A DNA stretch of 63,458 nucleotides. It comes from Octopus sinensis (lineage: Eukaryota). The notes under the pieces were generated by a model, which did not search any database, had not been told where the DNA came from, and worked only from the letters and a program-made list of their open reading frames with translations. Where the stretch lies: positions 1 to 63,458 of the forward strand of contig NW_021831845.1 of NCBI RefSeq assembly GCF_006345805.1. The letters are read 5' to 3'. The translations under genes were made by a program, and so were the position numbers. The first letter of the stretch is position 1. Each line of letters starts with the position of its first letter. Below, piece by piece: positions 51,332 through 63,458 of the stretch.

Positions 51332-51493
51332 GACGGGTTTCTTTCAGTTTCCGCCTGCCAAATCCACTCACAAGGCTTTGGTCGGCCCGAAGCTATACTA
51401 GAAGACACCTGCCCAAGGTGCCACGCAGTGGGACTGAACCCAGAACCATGTGGTTGGTAAGCAAGCTACTTACCACACAGCCACTCCTACGCC
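51049..51493 (-). mobile_element. SINE family A, full length
   Basis: Head GGCGTAGGAGTGGCTGTGTGG, internal microsatellite, 3' module, (GTAAAAGA)n tail. Confidence 0.93.
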
Positions 51494-51999
51494 TATTATA
51501 ATCCAGTAATCCAGCTGCATAGTAATCCATTCTAGGTGTATTTATGTAGCAAGTGACGTCATGCAAGACTGTGTTGAAACTAAAACATTTCCATCGTAGG
51601 TAAGATATCTCAGTCATGAAAAACTACGAAAACAAATCTGCTGACTTCACTGCTAAATAATTAATATCCAACTCACATATAAATACAAACGCTGTAGAAC
51701 CGAAAGACATTACTACGTTGATGATTGCACGACGCCACATGAAACCCATAGATTGGTGCCATAAAATTAATATATGTATTAATAATGGTGCACGCATTGT
51801 TATTTGTATTTTATGTATATCGTTTCTATGTTAATTAGATTAACATAAAAAACGATATACTCAATTTAGTTTTTATATAATTAGTTTTTCTGTTAATTAT
51901 GATGCGGTTTTACGCACATACTCATCTCTATGAAGTAGAAATATACTGCCACAATAAGAAATGTTCTTCCATGTATACATACATATATGTATACATAAA

Positions 52000-52059
52000 C
52001 ACACGCATGCACACAACACACACACACACACAACACACACACACACATATATATATTAT

Positions 52060-52092
<33 letters not shown>

Positions 52093-52210
52093 AAGAAATA
52101 AAGAAAGCGATTGGTAAACAAATAGCCACATGAATAAATATATAGAGCTGTATTTATATTTAGAAAAATATGTGTAAACATAGGCGTATCTTCATGCATG
52201 AATGTATATG

Positions 52211-52288
<78 letters not shown>

Positions 52289-52447
52289 CTATATATATAA
52301 TATGCATAAATTCGTGTGTGTGTGCGTATAGTCGTGTGTATGTATATTTGTACATATGTTATATGTCTGTCTATGTATGTAAGTAGAAGCTGTGTATTAC
52401 GCATATACATACATACATATATATATATATGTATATTTATATTATAT

Positions 52448-52480
<33 letters not shown>

Positions 52481-52483
52481 GTG

Positions 52484-52517
<34 letters not shown>

Positions 52518-52550
52518 TATGTGTGTGTGGTGTGTGTGTGTATACATGTG

Positions 52551-52581
<31 letters not shown>

Positions 52582-52600
52582 ACATGTGTACATATGTATA
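52000..52600. repeat. (CA)/(TA)/(TG) microsatellite field
   Basis: Seen directly. Confidence 0.9.
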
Positions 52601-54602
52601 TATTCGGTGAAAACCATAATTATTCCTGGCCATTAAACAGTATTTTGTGTTCTCTCCGTTCATCAAATGATTTCCACCTCACCAACCCACGTAATTGAAA
52701 AAAAAAAAAAAAAAGAGAAAAGAAAAGCAAACTGAGAGAAATTGCGCGGATGAATATGTATTGAAATAAAATAAACAAACAAATCGATTACACTGATCAG
52801 TGTGTATTGAGTGCTGTAACTCTTGTTTTAAACATTTAGCATCACCACATACACACCCGCACGCAGCCCCACTCCGGACGCACACCATATACACCACACA
52901 CGCACACGCATGCGCTCAAACATACATGCATATATATATATATACTACTAGGTTGTGAGCTTGTGTTAAATGGCTCGGAATAATATGAGGAAAGGAAGTT
53001 GGGGAGTGTGTGGCAGAGAGGGGGGTGATGTGTTAATATTGCTAAACAAATGTTAAAATGTAAGGAAGGTGGGTGGTAGGATAAGGGCAGTAATATATAA
53101 GCGTGTGTTTATGTGTATGTATATATATATGGGTCTCGGTTTACATATACACACATATATAATATATATTTATATGTCTATACTCACACACACGCGCATA
53201 TATATGTGGTTGTTTAAATATACGACCCAGCACGGCCGACATCCACCTGATATAATCCCATGTATATATTGTACCCTTACACACACCGCTTGCATACATA
53301 AATACCCGAAAAATTAAATCAAAACATGAAACAAAGAAAATACCCTAACACGTATGTATATACCCTCCCATCCCTGCAAATGCTATACATGTAATACCGC
53401 TACACACATTCCATTTTCACAATGTCACCAACCTTAAAGACACACACATTTCCCAGAACTCTTTTCCAGAAAGTTCTCGCCAACTTTCAACAAAACCATC
53501 CCCAGAAATTATGTTTCCGATACAAAGGAACATAATTCTTAACTGAATGCCCTGCTCAATTCGTTTCATCGTCTTTTTCACAACAGCCACAAATGGTATG
53601 TGTCTATTCGCCTCCAACAATACAGAGCAGTCGCCATATTTCATTCCATAACGGCTACCTCTGAAGAGCGCAGCGTTACATAATTGAATTGTTACCTAAT
53701 ATCCTATGGAACAGCTAGTGCAAAACCAATTGTTAAGATCGGCCGTCACTGATATATAATACTGTACACTTCGATAAATGTATATATATATATAATTTTA
53801 AAATGAGGGTGAGAAATTAGATATTAATTTAATTAACATCGATTTCACACCAGTGGTGTAGCATAAAAAAACTGAAGTTTCAGTAAAATTGTATTATATA
53901 TATATATTAGAGGGAAGCCACTATGTGGACACCCATATGCTAGAAATAGATCCGCTACGGTCTCACCACTAAGAAATGTCCTCAAGAAATATTTAGCAAA
54001 ACAACCAAAACGTAATCGAGCAAGAAAAAGTAATAAAAATAAGGATTATTCCTATACATGTTTCACTTTCAACAAATTACGTAATTGTCCGTAGATCATG
54101 GGTACGACGTCCAGGTGAATATAATTTGTAGGACTGTATAGTAAGACGTCCGCCCAAACTCAGACTTGTAAAACAGTCCTACCCATTACACTCGTGGCTA
54201 CTATTTCAAATGTCCTCGTTTTGGCGCGCTAAATTACCCGGCCATTTTTCAAATTTTCATAATACGATTAGAGGTGTGTTGGTCATATACCCTAAGTATG
54301 AAATTTTATGAAACTTTGATTAATGATAAATTTCAATTTTCTAGTTGGTTTCCAATAAAAATGAATTTTATCTCAGATATTTTGCCCCGTATTATAAATG
54401 CGTATATACGTACATAGATACATGCATACATAACTATGCGCGCACGCACACATACATACATACATACATACATACATACATACATGCATACATACATAAA
54501 TACATACAAACATACATACATATGTAGCATGTATACATAGAGAGAGAGCGGGAAAAATAATACATTTATAGAAACACACTCATATACATATGTTGGCATG
54601 TA

Positions 54603-54649
<47 letters not shown>

Positions 54650-54762
54650 CAAAAAGCAATAAAGATTCAAGTTAATTTAAATGAATTTACTTGAATATGG
54701 TACCTAACTTAGATGCACCAAAAAAACTATACTGATTTAACAATACAGTAATGTGGGGTGAT

Positions 54763-55503
54763 TATAAGCGAGAAAGAAGCAACAAGAATGGATAGGTTTT
54801 TAGTACAATCGTTTCATACAAGGACAGGCTTTATTAAAAGTTGCAAAAATTACAGCATATAAACGTGTCCCGTACTCATCAGCTAAAATACATGTGAGTT
54901 CTCTAGACATCCTAGTGGTTGAGGCTATACTCATGAAGTAATGTAGATAATTAAGTAACATAAACAGATTTCCAAAGTTCATTAAAGTTCTTTAAAGATG
55001 ATGTACAGTCTTATCACAGAATTTTAAAAAAGTTTTAATAGCATCACAGAGAAGGTGACCTAATCCATAGTGCACATATGAATTTCCAGAGATATGAGGA
55101 GGGATTACATACCCACAGACGACAAATTTATCCATTGTTAATCACAACGAGGTGGGTCTCAATTCCTGCTTATTAGCATTACAGAGAGGGTGAATTAATC
55201 CTTTGTATAGATGCACAATTTCCAATGGTGTAGATGTAAATTTCCAGAGAAATGAAGAGGAATTTCATATTCACAGGCGATAAATTTATCAATGGTTGAA
55301 CACAATTGAACACATTGTGTTCAACCATTGATAAATTTATCGCCTGTGAATATGAAATTCCTCTTCATTTCTCTGGAAATTTACATCTACACCATTGGAA
55401 TTGTTTATATGCTGTAATTTTTGCAACTTTTAATAAGCCTGTCCTTGTATGAAACGATTGTACTAAAAACCTATCCATTCTTGTTGCTTCTTTCTCGCTT
55501 ATA
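54763..55503. repeat. Nested inverted repeats (outer arms ~102 bp, inner arms 87 bp)
   Basis: 54763-54864 is the reverse complement of 55403-55503 (1 indel). 55220-55306 is the exact reverse complement of 55314-55400 (7-nt loop). Confidence 0.97.
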
Positions 55504-55567
55504 TATATATACATATATATATTTATATACATATATATATATATATATGTATGTGTGTATATATATG

Positions 55568-55672
<105 letters not shown>

Positions 55673-56516
55673 GTGATGTGGGTAAATATGGTGTGTATTG
55701 TCCATACATCTAATGAATATGGGTGAGCGGACTGTGTATATGAAGGGATGGGTTGTCTACGTCAGTGATAAATGTACAACGAAATACTTCTTACAGCTCA
55801 TCAATCACAATTTGTTTTATTACTCCTGCATTACTAAGAGACGAGGTCAAACCAGTTTTTCTTATTTCCTACTTTCACTTCCTTTTTCTTCTTGTGCTTC
55901 GTTTTTTCTTTTTGCTTCTGATTTTTTGTCTTTTTCTCCATTGCTCTCACATGACCTTCAATGACCTGTTGCCTTGATACGAATTTAATTCAGAAAACTT
56001 AAACTTTTTTGCCACTTATTCCACCAAAAAATAAGCAGCAGCAACGCGTCCTTAGAGCCACAGTAACATGTCACATACTGGACAAGAATTTTGCTTCTTC
56101 GATGTCATGATAATAGTACAAACGTACTCTATAACGCGCACGTACGAACAGATACGATAGCGGAAACATAAACATCTCCGTAGGCATACCGACACATAAA
56201 CACACACTTATTGTCTGTCACTGATAACGCTTTCCAAGTTTGTTTCACTTAGACGTTATAAACAATGTCCAACTTCATAACTTGACACATAGAGGAGCTG
56301 GGTAGGTTCCCTTTATAACCCATACACACTGAAAATGCCTATTCTCTCTCTCTCCCCAAATGCACACACGCGCAGACACACACATTATACACACATACAT
56401 ACAGAAAATATAGATTAAACATAAACATGTCTCACTATCTACAGTTACGTAATTTTACTTACGCAATTTGTCCGGAGATCTTCAGTATGATCGTCTTTAC
56501 AAATATAATTTGCATT

Positions 56517-56554
<38 letters not shown>

Positions 56555-56770
56555 TTTTAATAAAAATCACTTATCCCATATCCTAGGTTTCTTGCGAATA
56601 TAGTCCCAGAAAACCTTATCGCACTACCGATTTTATTAAAATTGTATCTATCTATCTAGGATGCATATATAAATATACATATGTATATATTTATCTATAT
56701 ATATACATATATATATATACATATATCTATACATCCACACACATATATATATGCACACACCCACTCACAG

Positions 56771-56824
<54 letters not shown>

Positions 56825-56834
56825 GTACATATAT

Positions 56835-57260
56835 CTTTTTATCTTTTACTTGTTTCAGTCATTAGACAGCGGCCATGCTGAGGTACCGCTTTGAAGAATT
56901 TTTAGACGAATAAATCGACCACACCTCATTTGTTAAAGCCTGGTACTTATTATAACGAAATGTTTTCTCCAACCGCTAAGTTACGGGAACGTAAATACAC
57001 CATCACCGGCTGTCAGTCGATGGTGTGAGGACAAACACAGACCCACACACAGACTCACACACGCACACACACACACATAAACACACACAAACACACACAT
57101 ACGACGGGCTTCTTTCAGTTTTCGTGTACCAAATCCACTCACGAGCGTTTGGTCAGCTCGAAACTATAGTGGAACAAACTTGCCCAAGGTGCTACGCAGC
57201 GGGACTGAATCCAGGACCATGAGATTGGAAAGCAAGCTTATTGCTACACAGCCACCGCAT
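56835..57260 (-). mobile_element. SINE family A, full length, diverged
   Basis: Both modules and the internal (TG) tract are recognisable. Confidence 0.85.
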
Positions 57261-58001
57261 CTCGTCGTTTTTTCTCTGAGACTTATTCACACAGTTCGGT
57301 ACCATCAAGAGCGCGGCCTGTTAAGCTTGTTTTCCGCATACAACCAGTGCAGCGCGTTTTACAATGGACCGACTATAACCTGTTCCCTTTGTTATTATTA
57401 CAATTTTATAGCCTCAGTTCGCTTCTGACTGGGCTGACCTATCGGAGACCACGTCATGAGGAACTTAAGTTGTTCTTTCAAAGACGTCGAAGGATCATAT
57501 AATGAAATGCCGTATCAAATTCAAACCAGCTGTCACTAACGTGCGATGACACATTTCTAAAATGCGACCATGATTACAGAGTAGGTAATATAACTCCTGT
57601 TGTCTTCACAGGCATTACATCTCTTTCAACGGACATCTTGTCTTTCTGCCCACCTAATACCAATGCAATGGTTTCATTCGTCTCAACTATTTTACAATAT
57701 GTCGAGAAACAAATGATTTATGGGGAATTCAACATCTCTGAGTTTAAGATTTCAAACTGTCGTCTTTTTTACAATTTTTTCCCTCGCTTGTTTCTTTCAC
57801 TCAGTATGTTGATATAGACCAGCAAAAACACGAGTGCAATGTCGGCATGTTAAACAGAACCAACTCGGGAATTAGAAAAGTGATAAATGTGTTTGCCTTG
57901 CTTCTTTATTTACTTTAGTACATATGCATACATGTACATATAAGTCCACACACACACACACACGCACACACACACACACACACACACGCACACACACACA
58001 C

Positions 58002-58050
<49 letters not shown>

Positions 58051-58142
58051 CACACCATGGATATATGTGTACATATACGTCTTTACATCTATATTTAGAC
58101 GTAGATATATATATTTATGATCTCTGTATCTCTCTCTCTCTC

Positions 58143-58185
<43 letters not shown>

Positions 58186-58789
58186 ATACATGGATACCTA
58201 TGTGTGAGTGGGTGTATTTTTATGTTCTTCTATTCTTGTAAGTGTAGTCACAATATAAATACTCATATAGATACAAGGACATGTATACACATAGGCGTAC
58301 ACTAATACACATATACACACAAACCCCCCCACACACACATATGTACACGTGTGTTTGTGCGTATGTGAGACAAACTAATATGCATAAATCCTCAATCGCA
58401 TGCATACATATAAATGCATACAAATATATACACAGCGGCGTACGTATGTCTTTGGTTAAATAAACAATTGAGAAGTGTGTTAACAAACTTCAACACGAAA
58501 GGTTGCTATTAGTGTAAAAGTAGTTTTAACACATTTGCTTATCTAAGAAATGAAAACTGACAGGAAGGGCAAGATTAACTGAACTTTCCTCAACACACAT
58601 TTCCATCTTCAAATGAAAGTAGGTGTTAAAGGATAACTGCCTTAGTGAATGGTGAACGGCATAGACAGATGAATACTGTATTTCCTACAGACGGCTAATT
58701 TCTACCCGCTGTTCAATAATAATAATATAAAGTTAATCTGTAGCTGCATGAATAACATGTTCAGTGACTTTAATATCACACCCTTACCA

Positions 58790-59232
58790 TCTCTGGACAA
58801 GACGCCTGTCTTTCGTATGGTTACTCATTTTCTCCGGATGAGTGGATTAGAGCAACTTGAAATGAAGTGTTTTGCTCAAGAGTACAACACCTGGTCCGTT
58901 CCAGGATGTGAAACCACAATCTTACAATCATGTGTGCAACAACCTAACCACTAAACCTATTTCTTTACTACCCACAAGGGGCTAAACATAGAGGGGACAA
59001 ACAAGGACAGACAAACGGATTAAGTCGATTATATCGACCCCAGTGCGTAACTGGTACTTATTTAATCGACCCCGAAAGGCTGAAAGGCAAAGTCGACCTC
59101 GGCGGAATTTGAACTCAGAACGTAGCGGCAGACGAAATACTGCTAAGCATTTCGCCCAGCACACTAACGTTTCTGCCAGCTCACCGCCTTTAAACCATTA
59201 AACCACCTAACCACTAAACCATGTTCCTCCAC
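58790..59232 (-). mobile_element. Diverged family D-like SINE interrupted by a family B insertion
   Basis: Rejoined minus strand reads GTGGAGGAACATGGTTTAGTGGTTAGG…GGTTTCACATCC…TTGAGCAAAACACTTCATTTCAAGTTGCTC, homologous to 21021-21160. Confidence 0.7.
58958..59190 (-). mobile_element. SINE family B, full length with 16-bp TSD
   Basis: ACCTAACCACTAAACC at 58942-58957 and 59205-59220. Confidence 0.95.
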
Positions 59233-59872
59233 ACATGTACATATGGCACAATAATGTACATAAACATGTACATATGGATAATAATGTTAAAGTATTTTCT
59301 GTTTCTTAGAGATAAAATCAAGCGACATTAATCATTCTCTTTCCCATTTTCTTAGTTTTTTTTGTTGTTGTTTTTTTACTATAGGGTAAGCAATGATTAG
59401 GTATGCACTGTCGTCCATATTCATGACTTATTTCAATCAATATTTCTGAAAATAGATTCCATCTGGCAAATAGTTTTCCAATTTTATGAAATGTGTTGAA
59501 ATATTTCCTTGATAGTCAACACTGTTCAAAGAATCATAGTAATTAGTTTCAAGAATGGTCTTGAAATGTCCATTTTTTTTCACCGAAGCTGCACTGGAAT
59601 CAATTTTAATAGATACCGTACAGTTCCACCCTTCCAGGCTGAATCCGTACCATTTTCAGGAAAATAATACCGCATAAAATACATTCGCTTTTGCTTCTGT
59701 TTTCATAAATTCTATCTCGCTTACAATTGGTCTCGTTATAGTCTACAATAAACAATGGGTGGGCACACGGCTGACATTTACGTTTCAGCTCTGAGTTTTG
59801 CCAGGTAAATATAATATTTGGTGCTTGCAGTTCGGCTTGTATCCACGACTTTCGTGACCACTTTTAATATAC

Positions 59873-61340
59873 GAGGTAGCATTGTCACGGGTTCAAAACA
59901 TTGAACAAAAATGTAATGTGTTCATTAGAAAGTGGCTAGGACTACCTCTGATGTTGAACAGTTCAGCTCTTGATCGTAATAGAGGCTCGTTGCAGTTACC
60001 ACTGGTGTCAATAGTCGAAATATATAAACTGGGGAAGGTACGTACGGTGATTATGCTGAGAGAATAGATGGACATGGAAATCAGGCGTAATCCTCCAGAG
60101 ATGAAAACAATCAGGAAGTGGAAAGCAGAAGCAGAGACTGATGACATACTTGTCTTCTCTTACACGCCGAGACATGGTGGCTGCAACGGAAATTCATCGG
60201 AAAGGGCTTGGTTTGGGCGCAGATCAGTTCAGACCGTTTGCAAGTATGACGCGGAGGAACGCAGATCTGTTGTTAGCAACAGCGTCAAAACGTGGGAAGC
60301 AGAGTGAAGAAATGTATTCAACGAGGACAGATGGCGAGATGGGCGGGACATGTTGTTGAGAGGAAAATAAGTTGGGATGAGATATGGAGGTGGACCACAT
60401 CTCGGCTAAGTTTTCTGATTCGTTCATCCTATGTTGTTTTGCCATCACCTGCAAATCTAGTAAGACGGAACGTCTCAGAGAATGATATATGCAAATGCGG
60501 AAAGGTCGGAACACTGAAATATATTCTTTCCAACTGCTCACTAGCATTGATCAGGTAGGTATACAAGGAGGCACAACCTGGTCCTTAAGATTATCTTCAG
60601 TCCTATAAAGAACCAAATTGATCTCAGCAACACTGAGAAAAAACCGTTGAAAGTACCAACTAGTGATTTCATTACCTTCGTGCGCTCAGGACAGCGGATC
60701 CGTTTCAAGAAGAACAACAACAAACTTCCTGTGAGCAATGAAAAGTGGAACGGCTATTGGGAGGTGACTGCAGATTTGCTAGGGTTCCAGGGACTCTTTC
60801 CCATCCCAGTTACGAAAAACACCGGACATTTTAATGTGGTGTGAAGGAAAGTTGTGAATCTAGTCGAGTTCCTCATGAAGATAACATGGACACCGCTCTG
60901 GCTCGAAAGATTGACCGTTTTGTAAACATCCTTGAGGAATGTGAAGACGCAGTCTGGAAAGCGGAACATTTTCCAATCGAAGTCAGATGTAGAGGGTTTG
61001 TTGGACACAGTGTGAGAAGACTGTTGATATCGTTAGGCCTAACTCATCGTAAAATACCACCATGACCGATATCCAAACTACAGTGAGGAAGGCAAGCCAC
61101 TGGATTTAGTTAAAAAGAGACGATGAGGGAAGGTTAGAAGAATATTGAGTTATATTTAATAACCAGTTGATCTAGCAAGCGGGGCCTCATATCAGTCAGG
61201 TAGGGGTCGATGCGCTTAATGCTGTCGAGAAGTAGGCCCTAAAACGGCGCGCATTCTCTCCTGATGACCTCATGCACTTGCTGGCTTCCGGTATGCGGGG
61301 TTCTCGACTGGTAGCATTTCCATGTGCAAGTTGTTTGCAA
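59873..61340 (+). mobile_element. HERO-clade RLE non-LTR retrotransposon, 5'-truncated and decayed, with putative 3' UTR
   Basis: IRKWLGLP…LQLPLVSIVEIYKLGKVR, KISWDEIWRWTTSRLSFLIRSSYVVLPSPANL…CKCGKVGTLKYILSNC, VPHEDNMDTALARK…FPIEVRCRGFVG, RKASHWI*LKR. These follow the HERO post-RT, CCHC and RLE motifs in order. Multiple frameshifts. Confidence 0.88.
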
Positions 61341-62059
61341 GACATCTATTCGTTTTTTCTTTTGTTTTCATAAATTTTATCTCGCTTACAATTGGTTTCC
61401 TTATTGTCTACAATAAATAATGTGTGGACACACGGCTGACATTTATATTTCAGTTCTGCGTTTACGAGTTCCATCTCATTATGGAGCACCATGGGTCCTA
61501 GTCTCAGAATTCAAACCGGATGCACAAAACCTATGCATATTCCTCTACAGTCGCGTGGATGGTACCCGTAATAAAACAAAACCATACCCCTCGCCATTTA
61601 GGTTGTTTGGCTATTTATGCTGTCTGACCACAGGGGAAATTAAAATGGAACTGTTTGAATATTCCACAATCGCGTAATCCACAGAGTCAAATCAGCGTTT
61701 CCAAAGTGAAAGTACCTTTGAAGAACCAACAACAATCTAAAGAGATGTATAAATCCCAGAAATAGAATCGTATTTTATTTATCGACCCCAGACGAGGAAG
61801 TTCAAAATTGATCTCGCCAGAATTTGAACTCATTATGTAGAGACCCGCTACAAATACTAGAATGCGTTCATTCTATTTACTGTCCTAACCATTCTACCAA
61901 TTCACCGTGGGATTTGGCGAAACTTAATCTTTATTTCTTTATTGATGTGGATTAGTTGAGCAGAGTGAGGAACCGTCCTATTGATCCGCTCATATTTTCA
62001 TCTTCATCAAATATTGTTTTGGGTTTTGTTTATCTAATTATACACATCACGAACATATT

Positions 62060-62580
62060 TCATGATTATCTACATACAACACATCATACATACATACATA
62101 CATACATACATACATACATACATACATACATACATACAACATGCATACATACATGCATGCATACATACATACACACACACATACTACTACATACATACAT
62201 ACATACTAATTACATACATACATATATACATACATACATACATACATACATACATACATACATAACCATACATGCATGCACATACATTACACTACACACA
62301 TACATACGTACATACATACAACTACATACATAAATACATACATACGTACATACATGCATGCATACATACATACATACATACATACACGCATGCATACATA
62401 CATACACACATACATACATACATACACACATACATACATACATACATACACACATATATACATGCATACATACTTATAAATATATATGCATACATAAATG
62501 CACATACATATACATTGATATACATGCACACCTACATACATATACATACCTACAAACGTACATATATGTGTGTGTGTATA
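62060..62580. repeat. (TACA)n/(CA) microsatellite field
   Basis: Seen directly. Confidence 0.95.
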
Positions 62581-63019
62581 TAGATATTTACAATCTCCCC
62601 AAACATACACTCATGCACACAAAAACTCATAAATACACGCAGACACATACACACACATCTCAAATATATAAACGATCTAGTAAGTCTTGTTAATCTACTT
62701 CTGTCGATTCATTTGGAGCAGTGGTAGCAGCAGCAGCAGCAGCAGCAGCAGCTGTAGTAGTAGTGGTGGTGGAGGTGACGCTGGTGTGAATGTCTGTTAT
62801 TCCATTATTATATTTATTTAGTGAAAACTCATCATTTTCATATTGCCAAGCATGCAGCAACTGTTAGTTGAGAACGATCGACTGACCCTTTATCCCTTAC
62901 AATCGATTGATAAAATATTGATTCCTCAGCTATGCTGGTGCAGGGCCAAATACACACAAACAGAAATGGTATCTTTATTTGTAGTTATGAAGTCTCCAGC
63001 CGTGACCACTCCGTTCTCT

Positions 63020-63458
63020 CTTTTTTCAGGTACGTAGCACCCGTAGAGACCTCCTCGACGCCCAGGACCTCTCCGAGTACATCGTCGATCTTGCCCTCCA
63101 CTAATCACCTATTGTCCGACTAGCCGAGGGCCGTGAGTGCTTGGAGACACTCTATATACCAAGCACCCTGCCTCGGTCTGCACTTGATTCAGGGCTGTAG
63201 CTCTGTCAAGGACACGAGTTGTGGGAAAACGCGTTCGGCAAACAGTGACCACACCTGCTCACCGTTAAGGTATCGCTGGAGATGTCGCAGCCTCAGCACA
63301 TATCTGCACATCCTCAGCCACGGCATGCCCAGTCCTCCACGCAACGGGTGCTGACAGCAAATGGACCGTCTGACAAGCTGTACCTGTCGCTTCCACAGGA
63401 AGCGGAAGAGCAAACGTACCAGCACTTTCAGCCACAAAGCGGGACAAGGGAAAAACAG
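63020..63458 (-). mobile_element. L1/Tx1-clade LINE ORF2 post-RT fragment (continues beyond window)
   Basis: LVRLLFRFLWKRQVQLVRRSICCQHPLRGGLGMPWLRMCRYVLRLRHL matches the L1/Tx1 pattern F.FLW…V.R…P…GGLG.P.L. Confidence 0.85.

Noticed and set aside
53417-53644. 75-aa non-repetitive minus ORF (MKYGDCSVLLEANRHIPF…)
   Set aside because: No recognisable domain, no convincing splice partners, and the length is expected by chance. BLASTp and RNA-seq would be needed.

Overview
AT-rich, repeat-dominated eukaryotic DNA with no intact protein-coding gene, rRNA, tRNA or CRISPR array that I can support. It is probably intergenic or deep intronic. The SINE families and microsatellite density look like an Octopus (coleoid cephalopod) genome; this is an inference from recall, not a search. 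Almost all ORFs in the supplied track are translations of microsatellites. The window contains four tRNA-derived SINE families (my labels A-D) and decayed retroelements: CR1, three R4/Dong-like RLE fragments, a HERO-clade element, an L1/Tx1-like element and Penelope-like elements (PLEs). It also has two Tc1/mariner remnants, one complete 395-bp non-autonomous Helitron and a 4.6-kb array of 23 x 198-bp units. Most worth a second look: (i) at least five unrelated minimal type-I hammerhead ribozyme motifs with palindromic stem III; (ii) the in-phase 198-bp array with an emerging dimeric higher-order repeat; (iii) a nested near-perfect fold-back at 54.8-55.5 kb and a 49-bp-arm palindrome at 31.6 kb; (iv) a HERO fragment bracketed by 116-bp direct repeats; (v) a tail-to-tail inverted SINE pair; (vi) a PLE with twin-priming geometry. 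I found no unambiguous new biological system. All alignments and counts were done by eye, and boundaries of decayed elements are approximate.
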